DNA of 64,000 nt, taken from assembly GCA_002748065.1 (NCBI GenBank), contig PDRJ01000041.1:17448-81447 (forward strand). Reading direction: 5' to 3'. A model generated the notes under the pieces. That model was given only the letters and a program-made list of their open reading frames with translations. It did not search any database and was not told the origin of the DNA. The position numbers were made by a program, and so were the translations under genes. Source of the stretch: Bacteroidota bacterium (GTDB taxonomy: Bacteria; Bacteroidota; Bacteroidia; Bacteroidales; BM520). Below, piece after piece: positions 47,951 to 57,963 of the stretch (positions are counted from its first letter, which is position 1; each line of letters begins with the position of its first letter).

Positions 47951-50900
47951 ATGGCAAAACCAACACACTCGATTGTCTCGGCTCTGCTGATTGCAGGTCT
48001 TTTGTCTTTTCAGGCACTCTTTTGTCATGCCATAAGTCAGGATCAAGACTACACGAAACAGATACGGAAGGCCTACACGTTACTGCATCAAGATCAATAC
48101 CAAAAAGCCAAAGAGATCTTTCTGGCATTGGAGAAGGAACCCATCGGGCATAAAGAAATAAGCTTTCAGATCGAAGCAGGAAAAGCCATTACTTGCTACT
48201 TTACGGAGGATAAGATCCTCTCTGACGCTGCTGCAAGAGCGCTTCTCGACCCCATACCCCAAAGCTATCATAAGTCTCCTCTCGTTGCTCCTGTCTTTTA
48301 CGCGATGGCCGGCTATGCAAAACAACGGAAAGATTTTGTACTGGCACTGCACTATCTCGATACAGCCTCCATCCTTATGGGCAGAAAAAAGGCTGTGGAT
48401 ACCAGCTTCATGGAACGCATATACAACCTACAGGGACAATGCTTTTTTCATCTATCCAAAATGGAAGAGGCCTTAAATGCTTATCAAAAGGCCTTAACAC
48501 TCGCCACCAACTACACCAAACAGCATCCCAACCATCTTCTAAAATATACCCTGGCCGTAGGAACCGTTTATGCCAAAAAAGGAGAGATCGACCAGGCCAA
48601 CCGTTACTTCGAAGAGGCCATAAACCTACAAAAAGAGATTGACCGTCCGATAACCTACTACGACATCATCTCTCTCAATAACATGGGAAAGTTATATTTC
48701 GACAACAAACGGTTTCGGGAAGCCTCCAACATGTTTGACAAAGCCATTCGCCTTGCCACCCAGATGGATCCACCCAACCAACAGTTACTGGGAGATATCT
48801 ATATTAATCAGGGGAATATTTACCTCCAGATCACCGACTTTCCCAAGGCAAGAGAGTACTACCTGAAGGCAGCCTCCCTAAGTTCTATTGGCGACACAAA
48901 AGCGCAAATCCTAATCAATAATATTGGATACACCTACTATCGGCAACAGAACTACGAAGAGGCCATCCCCTATTTCCAAAAAAGCATCGATCAGGCTCCC
49001 AGCCAACCGGATGCCATCAAATCCATGCGAAGCCTCGCCCAATGTTACGAAGCTTTGAAACAGCTTGACAAGGCGGAACACTTCTTTGTAGCGGCCATCG
49101 CTCATACAAAGCAAGATGATGGCACTGTCACCATGGAGCATATCCTCTCCCTTCAAGATTACGGGCAGTTCCTGCTCAAAACCGCGCGAACCGCCGAAGG
49201 GATCGCTCTTCTTGACCAATGCATCACCTACTATGAAGAGCAGCGAGGAAACAAAAAAGATAATGAGGCGGAGCTCCACACCAATCTGGCAAAATCTTAT
49301 ATCCGCCAAGGCCAGCTCTCGACGGCCCTTTTTCATGCACAAAAAGCACTGATGCTTCTGGAGTCCAATTTCAGCGGTGACAGCATCATGAACGATTCCG
49401 ATATTTTCCAGTCAGAATCGCCCTATGAACTTTTAGGTGTTTTAGCCTTAAAGGCCCATATATTGCATAAAATGGGGGATCAACAGGAAGATAGCACCTA
49501 TTGGCATCAGGCTGAAAACACCTATGCCCTTGCCACAAGCATCTTCAAAAAGGTAAAAATCGCCTATCGCTACGACGAGAGCAAACTCCTTATCGCCAAC
49601 CAAAGTCACCAACTTTTCCGCGATGCCATCGAATTGGCGTACAAACGCTACTTAAAGAGTGAGGATCGTCATTTTTTAGAAATGGCTTTCACCTACCTGG
49701 AAAACATCAAATACTCCACCCTTTTAGAGGCCTACCGAGAAAAGGCCCTCATGGAAAAGATAATTGGATCCGAAGAACATACAGAACTACAGCGCATTCA
49801 GAAGGAGATAGAGAAAAACACCCACCTGCGCTCCTCAATGCTACCGGAAGCAGAGAGGCACCCTCAATGGCTCAAAGATAGTCTCAATGCAACCATCTTC
49901 AACCTGAACAGAGAAAGGGAGAAGATCGAGAATCAGCTGCATAAGCTATACCCCGAATTCTCCCGCCTCAACAAACGACTCAATGTAATCACCCCCCAAA
50001 AGATTCAGCAAAACCTTAGGAGAGGAGAAGTCCTCTTAGAGTATGGCCTAAGAGACTCCACTGTTTACACTTTCTGTATCTCCAGGAAGTCTATTCTTAT
50101 GCAATCTAACCACATTGACCACACCTATCTGGACTCGCTACGAATGGCGATAAACGCCAAAGATCCCTCCCAAAATCATAATCTCAAAGAGTTTCAACAA
50201 TTTATTCGTGCATCGTCGTACCTCTATGACATTTTAATTCGACCTTTTGAAAAAGAGATTGCAGGAAAATCGATCATCATCATTCCCGACGGAAAATTGG
50301 GCTATATCCCCTTTGAAGCCCTCATCACCAATAAACCTTCCCTGGAAAAAATGGATTATCGGAAGGCCCATTACTTAATAAAAGATCACGGCATTAGTTA
50401 TGCTTACTCTTCAACCATCCTACTGGAAAACGATAGACAACCCCAAAAAGGAAAAAAAAGAGCGGTTCTGGCTTATGCTCCCAGGTATCAGAATTTTCGT
50501 CACAAGGATTCCACGCTAAACCATTTATCACCCATTCCGGGTACGTCGAAAGAGGTTGAGACCATCTGCAAAATCTATGGTGGAAAGGCTATTATTGGCG
50601 ATGATGCGACAGAGGATTCCTTCAAAAGCATCTCACAGGATTACCAAATCATTCATTTGGCCATGCACACGCTAATCAACCCACAACAACCCTCTTTTTC
50701 CAAATTGGTTTTTGCCCCTCCCCATACCGATGCACAGGAAGATGGGGTTCTCTTCACCGATGAGCTCTTTCACCTCTCGTTGAAAGCCGATATGGCGGTA
50801 CTCAGTGCTTGTCAAACAGGAGATGGAACCATTCATGAAGGGGAGGGAATCCTCTCTTTAGCACGGGGATTCTTTTATGCCGGCATCTCCAGTGTTGTCA

Positions 50901-51184
50901 TGACACTATGGCCAGTGGACGATGGAAGTAGTCCTGTTATTATGGAAGCCTTCTACCGTTACCTGAGAAAAGGATACACCAAAGAACAGGCACTGCAACG
51001 GGCGAAACTTGATCTTCTGAAACACAATGACCCGGTATCCTCTCACCCTAAATATTGGGCAGGATACGTCACCATTGGGAACCAGGCTCCATTACGAAGA
51101 GGCCCTCAATCATGCTACATGATTGGCCTAATAGGAGTGTTAATTTTGGGAAGGCTCTTTCAATACATCAAATCCCACGCTTAA
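47951..51184 (+). CDS. TPR-CHAT (caspase-like) protease with signal peptide and C-terminal TM anchor
   Basis: TPR array; IIIPDGKLGYIPFEAL, IIHLAMH (His), LSACQTG (Cys), TLWPVDD and HPKYWAGY motifs; hydrophobic N- and C-termini. Confidence 0.9.
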   Translation: MAKPTHSIVSALLIAGLLSFQALFCHAISQDQDYTKQIRKAYTLLHQDQYQKAKEIFLALEKEPIGHKEISFQIEAGKAITCYFTEDKILSDAAARALLDPIPQSYHKSPLVAPVFYAMAGYAKQRKDFVLALHYLDTASILMGRKKAVDTSFMERIYNLQGQCFFHLSKMEEALNAYQKALTLATNYTKQHPNHLLKYTLAVGTVYAKKGEIDQANRYFEEAINLQKEIDRPITYYDIISLNNMGKLYFDNKRFREASNMFDKAIRLATQMDPPNQQLLGDIYINQGNIYLQITDFPKAREYYLKAASLSSIGDTKAQILINNIGYTYYRQQNYEEAIPYFQKSIDQAPSQPDAIKSMRSLAQCYEALKQLDKAEHFFVAAIAHTKQDDGTVTMEHILSLQDYGQFLLKTARTAEGIALLDQCITYYEEQRGNKKDNEAELHTNLAKSYIRQGQLSTALFHAQKALMLLESNFSGDSIMNDSDIFQSESPYELLGVLALKAHILHKMGDQQEDSTYWHQAENTYALATSIFKKVKIAYRYDESKLLIANQSHQLFRDAIELAYKRYLKSEDRHFLEMAFTYLENIKYSTLLEAYREKALMEKIIGSEEHTELQRIQKEIEKNTHLRSSMLPEAERHPQWLKDSLNATIFNLNREREKIENQLHKLYPEFSRLNKRLNVITPQKIQQNLRRGEVLLEYGLRDSTVYTFCISRKSILMQSNHIDHTYLDSLRMAINAKDPSQNHNLKEFQQFIRASSYLYDILIRPFEKEIAGKSIIIIPDGKLGYIPFEALITNKPSLEKMDYRKAHYLIKDHGISYAYSSTILLENDRQPQKGKKRAVLAYAPRYQNFRHKDSTLNHLSPIPGTSKEVETICKIYGGKAIIGDDATEDSFKSISQDYQIIHLAMHTLINPQQPSFSKLVFAPPHTDAQEDGVLFTDELFHLSLKADMAVLSACQTGDGTIHEGEGILSLARGFFYAGISSVVMTLWPVDDGSSPVIMEAFYRYLRKGYTKEQALQRAKLDLLKHNDPVSSHPKYWAGYVTIGNQAPLRRGPQSCYMIGLIGVLILGRLFQYIKSHA

Positions 51185-51235
51185 CAGGAGGGGCAAATGC
51201 AATACCTTTTCGTTTAATATGCTAAGAAAGAATAC

Positions 51236-53695
51236 GTGATCTATCCAGATAATTTTGAAGAGAAGACCGGCTTCGATAAGATTCGACAAATCATCATTGA
51301 CCTATGTATCAGTGATACCGGGGCATTAGTCGCAAAAAAGATGAGACCTTTTTTCACCTATGAAAAGATCATCCATCAACTAAATATCACGGAAGAGTAC
51401 CGCACGCTACTTCTTTTAAGTGAAAAGATCCCCACACAGAATTACCTTGACCTCACCGATACCTTTAAAGAGGTTCTGTTGCCGGGAACCTTTTTAGAGA
51501 CGGAAGAGTTAGGCATTGTACGAGCTTCTTTAGAAACGCTAACCGCACTTTTTCACTTTTTTGAACCGGAAGAGCGGGCAGAGCAATATCCCCTACTCAC
51601 AGAACTGAGCAAACACCTCTACGTATCTCCGGAAATTCCTCAGGAGTTAAACAAACTGCTCGATGAAAAGGGGCAGATTCGATCCGATGCATCGGAGACG
51701 CTTTATGAGGTTCGTCAAGAGATCACAAAAAAACAGCGAAGCATTGACCACCGTATTCATAAAATTGCCCATGAAGCCCGTCAACAAGGGATTTTAAAAG
51801 AGGATACAGAGATTACTATCCGCAATGGAAGACCGGTAATTCCTGTTCCAGCGGCTCATAAACGGAGGCTCAAGGGGTGGATTCATGATGAATCGGCGAC
51901 AGGACAGACGGTCTACATTGAACCCACAGAGATTTTCGAGGTCAACAATGAGATTCGGGAGTTAGCGTTGCTCGAGCGACGCGAGATTGTTAAAATCTTA
52001 ACTGCCTTCACCGACTATCTCCGTCCCTTTATTCCGGAGCTCAACAAAGCCTATTGCCACCTGGGGGAGTTTGACTTTATTGGAGCTAAAGCAAAACTGG
52101 CACTACAAACGGCAAGCATCCGACCCATCGTGCGTCGGCGGCCCGTTATCAACATCCGCCATGCCCGACACCCGCTACTCTACCTCTCCTTCAAAAAACA
52201 GCAGCGAAAGGTCGTTCCCCTTACCCTATCCCTATCCCATAAGGAGCGAATCCTTGTCATCTCAGGTCCTAACGCAGGAGGAAAGTCCATCTGCCTAAAG
52301 ACCATTGGTTTACTACAATATATGCTCCAATGTGGACTTCTTATCCCCACCAACGAAAATTCAGAATTCGGAATTTTCCGGCATATTCTTATTGACATTG
52401 GCGATGAGCAATCGTTGGAAAATGATCTCAGTACATACACCTCCCATCTTCAAAATATGAAGACCTTTCTGCGAAATGCAGACAGGCACACCCTATTTCT
52501 CATTGATGAATTTGGAACGGGTACAGAACCCAACCTGGGAGGAGCCATTGCCGAGGCTACGTTGGAAAAACTCAACGAGCAAAAGGCCTGGGGGGTGGTG
52601 ACCACCCACTATGCCAACCTCAAGCTTATGAGTGGAAAACACCCGGGAATTATCAACGGAGCCATGCTTTTTGATACCCATAAGCTACAACCCCTATTCC
52701 TATTGGAAACAGGAAAGCCGGGTAGCTCCTTTGCCTTTGAAATTGCCAGAAAAATCGGTTTCCCCAACGAAATTCTAAAAAGGGCGGAAACAAAAACCGG
52801 CAAGAAACAACTGGACTTTGACCAACAATTGCAACAACTGGAGATTGAAAAAAAGCACCTCACAAAGCGACAAACAGAGGTATCTCTGGCAGACGATCTC
52901 CTCAAAGAGCTCATCGAGAAATATAAGAAAAGGGTGCTTGAGTTAGAGCAAAAGCACCACCAGATCATTGCTCAGGCCCACGAACAGGCAGAAGAACTCA
53001 TTGAGAAAGCCAATACCCGCATTGAACATACGATCAAAGAGATCAAGGAGGCACAAGCGGAAAAAGAGAAGACAAAAAGGCTAAGAAAGCAGCTTAAGGA
53101 GAGTGCCAGCCAACGCATAAAACAGAACCACGAAGCACTCCACAAACTCAAAAAAAGATTAGAAGAGGTGGAGGAGACCAAAGCAAAAAAGGCCCCGGAA
53201 CAAAAACGCCCCAAACCGGTAACCTTCCATGTGGGAGATTATGTAAAATTACGAGCACAAAAAAGCATTGGGATCATCACCCAGATTCGAAACCAAAAGG
53301 CCACCGTCGAGGTCAACACCCTATCTATCCACGTAGATCTAAAGAGTCTTGAACCGGCTACTCCCCCAACCACTACCCCCAAACAGGTACGCCTCACCAC
53401 CTCCTCTTCGGGAAATATTGTCCACGACCTAAGCAGCAAAGCGGCCAACTTCAGGATAAGCATTGACGTACGAGGACAACGAGCAGAAGAGGCCCTCGCC
53501 AATCTCACCAAATATGTCGATGATGCCATTTTACTCAACATACCGGAGATCAAAATCTTACATGGCAAGGGGAATGGTATTCTAAGGGATGTCATTCGGG
53601 ATTACCTTAGGAGTATTCCGGAAGTACAAAGATACCGCAATGAGGCCTTAGAGTTAGGAGGAGATGGTATTACTGTAGTCTCTCTTCGTTATTAA
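51236..53695 (+). CDS. mutS2: Endonuclease MutS2
   Basis: HDESATGQT, GPNAGGKS and DEFGTGTEP motifs; C-terminal Smr domain (ILHGKGNGILR). Confidence 0.94.
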   Translation: MIYPDNFEEKTGFDKIRQIIIDLCISDTGALVAKKMRPFFTYEKIIHQLNITEEYRTLLLLSEKIPTQNYLDLTDTFKEVLLPGTFLETEELGIVRASLETLTALFHFFEPEERAEQYPLLTELSKHLYVSPEIPQELNKLLDEKGQIRSDASETLYEVRQEITKKQRSIDHRIHKIAHEARQQGILKEDTEITIRNGRPVIPVPAAHKRRLKGWIHDESATGQTVYIEPTEIFEVNNEIRELALLERREIVKILTAFTDYLRPFIPELNKAYCHLGEFDFIGAKAKLALQTASIRPIVRRRPVINIRHARHPLLYLSFKKQQRKVVPLTLSLSHKERILVISGPNAGGKSICLKTIGLLQYMLQCGLLIPTNENSEFGIFRHILIDIGDEQSLENDLSTYTSHLQNMKTFLRNADRHTLFLIDEFGTGTEPNLGGAIAEATLEKLNEQKAWGVVTTHYANLKLMSGKHPGIINGAMLFDTHKLQPLFLLETGKPGSSFAFEIARKIGFPNEILKRAETKTGKKQLDFDQQLQQLEIEKKHLTKRQTEVSLADDLLKELIEKYKKRVLELEQKHHQIIAQAHEQAEELIEKANTRIEHTIKEIKEAQAEKEKTKRLRKQLKESASQRIKQNHEALHKLKKRLEEVEETKAKKAPEQKRPKPVTFHVGDYVKLRAQKSIGIITQIRNQKATVEVNTLSIHVDLKSLEPATPPTTTPKQVRLTTSSSGNIVHDLSSKAANFRISIDVRGQRAEEALANLTKYVDDAILLNIPEIKILHGKGNGILRDVIRDYLRSIPEVQRYRNEALELGGDGITVVSLRY

Positions 53696-54047
53696 TAAGC
53701 TCCTGGATCGCCCCTCTTTGACTTTTTGTCAAACGTGCCACCACTAAATCATAAGAGTGATCTATCAACGCACGAATAAAAGAATCATCCAGAGAACCAT
53801 CCACAAGAATCGTATTCCAATGTTTCTTATTCATATGAAATCCGGGAGAGATAGCGGGATAGCGCATCCTTATTCGAAGAGCTCTCTCGGGGTCACACTT
53901 TAGGTTTATGGAAAAGTCACCTTGCATACTTGTCAACGCAAAGATCTTACCCATAACTTTAAATACCAACACATTATCATCAAAAGGAAAACTCTCACTC
54001 GCGGCCGGTTTCGCCAAACAGTAATCCCTAAATTCTTCGATATTCAT
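53670..54047 (-). CDS. MmcQ/YjbR family DNA-binding protein
   Basis: FKVMGKIFAL, NLKCDP and PGFHMNKKHWNT motifs. Confidence 0.92.
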   Translation of the reverse strand: MNIEEFRDYCLAKPAASESFPFDDNVLVFKVMGKIFALTSMQGDFSINLKCDPERALRIRMRYPAISPGFHMNKKHWNTILVDGSLDDSFIRALIDHSYDLVVARLTKSQRGAIQELINNEERLQ

Positions 54048-54147
54048 CCCTTAAAAATCAAGTTTCACGCCACGAAGGTAAAACGTATGCGGCATATATG
54101 AAACATCCATGACCGATTTTAGACACACAGCGGAATGATTGTGGGGA

Positions 54148-54335
54148 GGGGAGACGGGAGACGGGAGACAGAAGATGGGAGACCGAAGACGGAAGACCGA
54201 AGTCGGAAGACCGAAGATGGAAGACAGAAGACGGAAGATGGAAGATGGAAGATGGGAGATGGAGGACAATTTTTTATGAATGTTGCCATTAACCCAAGCT
54301 AAAAGCCCAAAGCTACAACAGAGAAACAGATGGAA
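54148..54335 (+). repeat. Heptamer tandem array (about 17 units) plus conserved tail
   Basis: cgggaga cagaaga tgggaga ccgaaga cggaaga...; same unit and tail as at 44052. Confidence 0.85.
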
Positions 54336-54404
54336 AAGGGGGAGAAAAACCATTTAATGAAAAAGATGTATCTTTGCTTTATGTAGAACAAATATGTTCA
54401 CCCT

Positions 54405-55991
54405 ATGAATGAAACAGACAAGACAAATGCTAAGAAGCAAGATTCCGGCCTAAGCCGATCGAAAAATATTCTTCAAGTACGGAAAAAGATTGCCTTGCAA
54501 GGGGGTGGAACCAAAGCCATTGAGAAACAAAAAGCCACGGGAAAACTAACAGCCCGCGAGCGTATTCTTGCACTGGTTGACAAAGGTTCTTTCCATGAAT
54601 ATGACCTATTTGTGGAACATGCAGGACGTGATTTTGATATGGATAAGAAATACCTACCGGGCGATGGTGTAGTTACGGGAACGGGAACCATAAATGGATA
54701 TCCTGTGTGTGTATTTGCTCAGGATTTCACTGTTGCCGGGGGATCGCTGGGTTATATGCACGCCAAGAAGATCACTAAAATCATGGATCATGCCATGAAA
54801 TTGCAAGTCCCGCTAATTGGGATTAATGACTCCGGGGGAGCCCGAATCCAAGAGGGGGTTAACTCCCTGGCAGGGTATGGTGAGATCTTCTACCGCAACA
54901 CTCAGGCCTCAGGCGTAATCCCACAAATTTCTGTCATCCTTGGGCCTTGTGCTGGTGGGGCGGTATACAGTCCCGCATTGACCGATTTTGTCTTTGTAGT
55001 AGATAAAATCTCCAAAATGTTTATCACCGGACCCGAGGTTATCAAAACGGTTTTGGGCGAAGAGATCTCCATGGAGGATCTGGGAGGAGCCAAGGTACAT
55101 GCAGAGCTAACAGGGAATGCACACTTCTATGCGGAGAGCGAAATAGAGTGTTTTGAACAAATCAAGAATTTGGTCTCCTACATCCCCTGGAACAACAACT
55201 CTATAGCCAAACCCTTCCCCAAGAAACCCCCTAAAACAAGGCACTACAAGATTGAGGATATCTTTCCGGAGAACCCTAAACAGCCCTACGATGTACGCAA
55301 TATCATCAGAGCCCTCTCTGACAGTTCTGAGTTCATGGAGATTCAGGAGAAATTTGCAGCCAACATCACCATTGGATTTGGACGGATGGAGGGGAAAACT
55401 GTAGGATTTGTCGCCAATCAACCGCTGGTTCTGGCAGGGGTTCTTGACGTAGACTCCAGCGACAAGGCGGCTCGGTTTATCCGCTATTGCGATGCCTTCA
55501 ACATCCCCTTAATCACCCTCGTCGACCTACCGGGTTATCTTCCCGGGATTGACCAAGAGCATTCGGGTGTGATTCGCCATGGTGCTAAGATATTGTACGC
55601 CTATAGTGAAGCCACCGTACCCAAAATCACACTCATCATGCGAAAAGCTTATGGTGGAGGCTATATTGCCATGTGTTCCAACCACCTCCGTGCCGACTTC
55701 GTCTTTGCATGGCCCACCGCAGAGATTGCCGTTATGGGACCTGAGGGGGCTGCGAATATCATTTTCAGGAATGAAATCAGAAATGCAGAGAACCCCGAAG
55801 AGGTACGCCAACAAAAAGTGAAAGAGTACAAGGATAAATTTGCCAACCCCTATGTGGCAGCAGCCTATGGGTATGTGGATGCCGTTATTGAACCGGAGGA
55901 GACAAGAAATATGCTGATCCATGCACTTGACATCTCAGGAGAAAAGAGAATTCATACCCCTCCTAAAAAGCATGGGATTCCCCCATTTTAA
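54405..55991 (+). CDS. Acyl-CoA carboxylase carboxyltransferase subunit (propionyl-/methylmalonyl-CoA type)
   Basis: GKLTARERI, DSGGARIQEG, GPCAGGAVYSPA and KKHGIPP motifs. Confidence 0.92.
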   Translation: MNETDKTNAKKQDSGLSRSKNILQVRKKIALQGGGTKAIEKQKATGKLTARERILALVDKGSFHEYDLFVEHAGRDFDMDKKYLPGDGVVTGTGTINGYPVCVFAQDFTVAGGSLGYMHAKKITKIMDHAMKLQVPLIGINDSGGARIQEGVNSLAGYGEIFYRNTQASGVIPQISVILGPCAGGAVYSPALTDFVFVVDKISKMFITGPEVIKTVLGEEISMEDLGGAKVHAELTGNAHFYAESEIECFEQIKNLVSYIPWNNNSIAKPFPKKPPKTRHYKIEDIFPENPKQPYDVRNIIRALSDSSEFMEIQEKFAANITIGFGRMEGKTVGFVANQPLVLAGVLDVDSSDKAARFIRYCDAFNIPLITLVDLPGYLPGIDQEHSGVIRHGAKILYAYSEATVPKITLIMRKAYGGGYIAMCSNHLRADFVFAWPTAEIAVMGPEGAANIIFRNEIRNAENPEEVRQQKVKEYKDKFANPYVAAAYGYVDAVIEPEETRNMLIHALDISGEKRIHTPPKKHGIPPF

Positions 55992-56032
55992 GAAGAGAAT
56001 GAATCTTTTTTCTGACCGAAAACAAACACGAT

Positions 56033-56359
56033 ATGAGATATAAAGAAGCCCCCAAGGAGTGTAAACCATTTGTCGTAGAAAATGGCCAATATAACACCAT
56101 GCTTACCACCAAATATGTATCCAGGGAGAAGTATGCCCCCCACGACCCTAAAAAGATCTCAGCCGTCATACCAGGCACCGTAAGAGAGATCTTTGTACGC
56201 GAAGGGAAAAGGGTAAAAAAAGGAGATAACCTCTTGATCCTGGAAGCGATGAAAATGATGAACAACATTGTTTCCCCAATGGATGGGATCATTAAATCGA
56301 TACACGTAACCAATGGAACGGTGGTACCCAAAGCGCACCTCCTGTTGGAGTTTGAGTAA
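56033..56359 (+). CDS. Biotin carboxyl carrier protein
   Basis: LEAMKM biotinylation motif. Confidence 0.9.
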   Translation: MRYKEAPKECKPFVVENGQYNTMLTTKYVSREKYAPHDPKKISAVIPGTVREIFVREGKRVKKGDNLLILEAMKMMNNIVSPMDGIIKSIHVTNGTVVPKAHLLLEFE

Positions 56360-56390
56360 AAAAAGGCCTATCCGATGATAGGGATGAGAT

Positions 56391-57011
56391 CTAAAGCGTA
56401 TCGCAGGGCGAATCGTAGAAAAGCGTATTCGTCTCTGCGATATAGGAAAGCACCTCCTCTTTCCCACTGGTGGTAAGACTGCTCGTTGCAATATGAAGCG
56501 GCATCTCTTCCCACGATTGTAGGAGTGTTTTTTGGTAAAAGGCTATGTTTGCAGGAAGTTGATTTTTTCGTAGTTTATCTATCTTCGTAAAGAGGATCAC
56601 AAAAGGGATCCTACTGATTGCCAACCACTCCATAAAAGAGAGGTCATTCTTCTGAGGCTCTAAACGAGAATCCACAAGCAGGAAGAGCGTCATCAGGTTG
56701 GTACGCTTAAGGATATAGTTTCGAATCATCGAATCCCACTTGGCCACCTCTTTCTTGGAGACTTTAGCGAAACCATAACCCGGCAGATCCGCCATATAAA
56801 AATTATCATTCAACAGAAAATGATTAATCAAGCGGGTTTTGCCCGGTTTTCCACTAATCTTTGCCAATCCCTTATGTCCCGTCAACATGTTAAGAAAAGA
56901 AGATTTGCCCACATTGGAGCGACCAATCAACGCATACTCGGGAAGCGATGGATTGGGACATTTATCGATGGAAGGGCTACTACAAAGGAAGCGGGCTGTA
57001 TGCACTTTCAC
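56391..57011 (-). CDS. yihA: Ribosome biogenesis GTPase YihA/YsxC
   Basis: GRSNVGKSS, DLPGYG and TKIDK motifs. Confidence 0.95.
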   Translation of the reverse strand: MKVHTARFLCSSPSIDKCPNPSLPEYALIGRSNVGKSSFLNMLTGHKGLAKISGKPGKTRLINHFLLNDNFYMADLPGYGFAKVSKKEVAKWDSMIRNYILKRTNLMTLFLLVDSRLEPQKNDLSFMEWLAISRIPFVILFTKIDKLRKNQLPANIAFYQKTLLQSWEEMPLHIATSSLTTSGKEEVLSYIAETNTLFYDSPCDTL

Positions 57012-57958
57012 GACGACTCCCTTTCATTTCTAATCTCCAGATAGGAGGTTACATAACGCTTAAATTTCCCCTCCATAATATCCCTTATGGTCACCAGAAT
57101 GCCGGTCTCTTCAACCTTTCCAAAAGAGTCGTTCACAGAGGTACCAAATACACGCATGGTTAAGGAGAGATTCATATAGGCATTCACCAGCGGAGGGATA
57201 TTTTCTTCCCGTTCCCTTACCTCCTTAACAAGCTGCTTATAATCCTTGTCATAATCATTTCCCACAAATAGCTCCTTTAAGAAGGGGGCCTCCCAATCCA
57301 CAGAAACCGCCTTATAGGGGACCACCAACTTCTCTCTATCCCCAAAATAGAGATTCATGAATTTAAGCAGAATATCCCTTGCTTCCCGGTTGTAATGGGG
57401 ATACATGGTAATCTTTCCAAAAAAGAAGTGCGTATCGGGATAATCCACATGAAGTGTTCCTACCCCATCCCACAAATTATCAAGGGCAAAAAGGCCTTTC
57501 CGCTGATCCTTGGATACCTGGAATAGAGGCTGAACGAAAGAGCGTCCCAGCTCCACGGTATAGGGAAGATAATCGTTCACAAACTGTGTCGAGAAACGAA
57601 AAAGTTTACCCGTGGGCGTGTTAGAGTATCCTTTCTCATCGGTCTTTACATCCTTTCCATGAATAAACCGATATCCTCCTACCACCTCCCGTTCTTCAGG
57701 ATTCCAGACAATAAGCTGGTGAAACGGCTTTTCACAGGTATCAAACCTATCGATGTCGGCAGCCAATCCGGTTCCTCCTCCTGCACTCCTAAAGGTCTCT
57801 TCCCTCAAACGGCCAACCTCATCCATCAATATCGGGGAGTCCTGTGCCGTAAAAATATAGATTTCGTTATTCCCCGCATTGGTTTTTCGCACAAAACGAA
57901 CCTTTGAAAGCTCTTTCTCTATAAGATCCCTATCAATTTTTTTAATTATCTCTTTCAT
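57008..57958 (-). CDS. glsB: GNAT-family N-acyltransferase (glycine-lipid GlsB type)
   Basis: EVGRLREETFR, VGGYRF, ELGRSFV and IPPLVNAY motifs; paired with an acyltransferase and divergent from mraZ, as in Bacteroides. Confidence 0.75.
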   Translation of the reverse strand: MKEIIKKIDRDLIEKELSKVRFVRKTNAGNNEIYIFTAQDSPILMDEVGRLREETFRSAGGGTGLAADIDRFDTCEKPFHQLIVWNPEEREVVGGYRFIHGKDVKTDEKGYSNTPTGKLFRFSTQFVNDYLPYTVELGRSFVQPLFQVSKDQRKGLFALDNLWDGVGTLHVDYPDTHFFFGKITMYPHYNREARDILLKFMNLYFGDREKLVVPYKAVSVDWEAPFLKELFVGNDYDKDYKQLVKEVREREENIPPLVNAYMNLSLTMRVFGTSVNDSFGKVEETGILVTIRDIMEGKFKRYVTSYLEIRNERESS

Positions 57959-57963
57959 ATCTC

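Noticed and set aside
47951-51184. Type III-E CRISPR Craspase locus
   Set aside because: No cas7-11, csx30/31 or CRISPR array in the window, and this CHAT protein appears to be exported.
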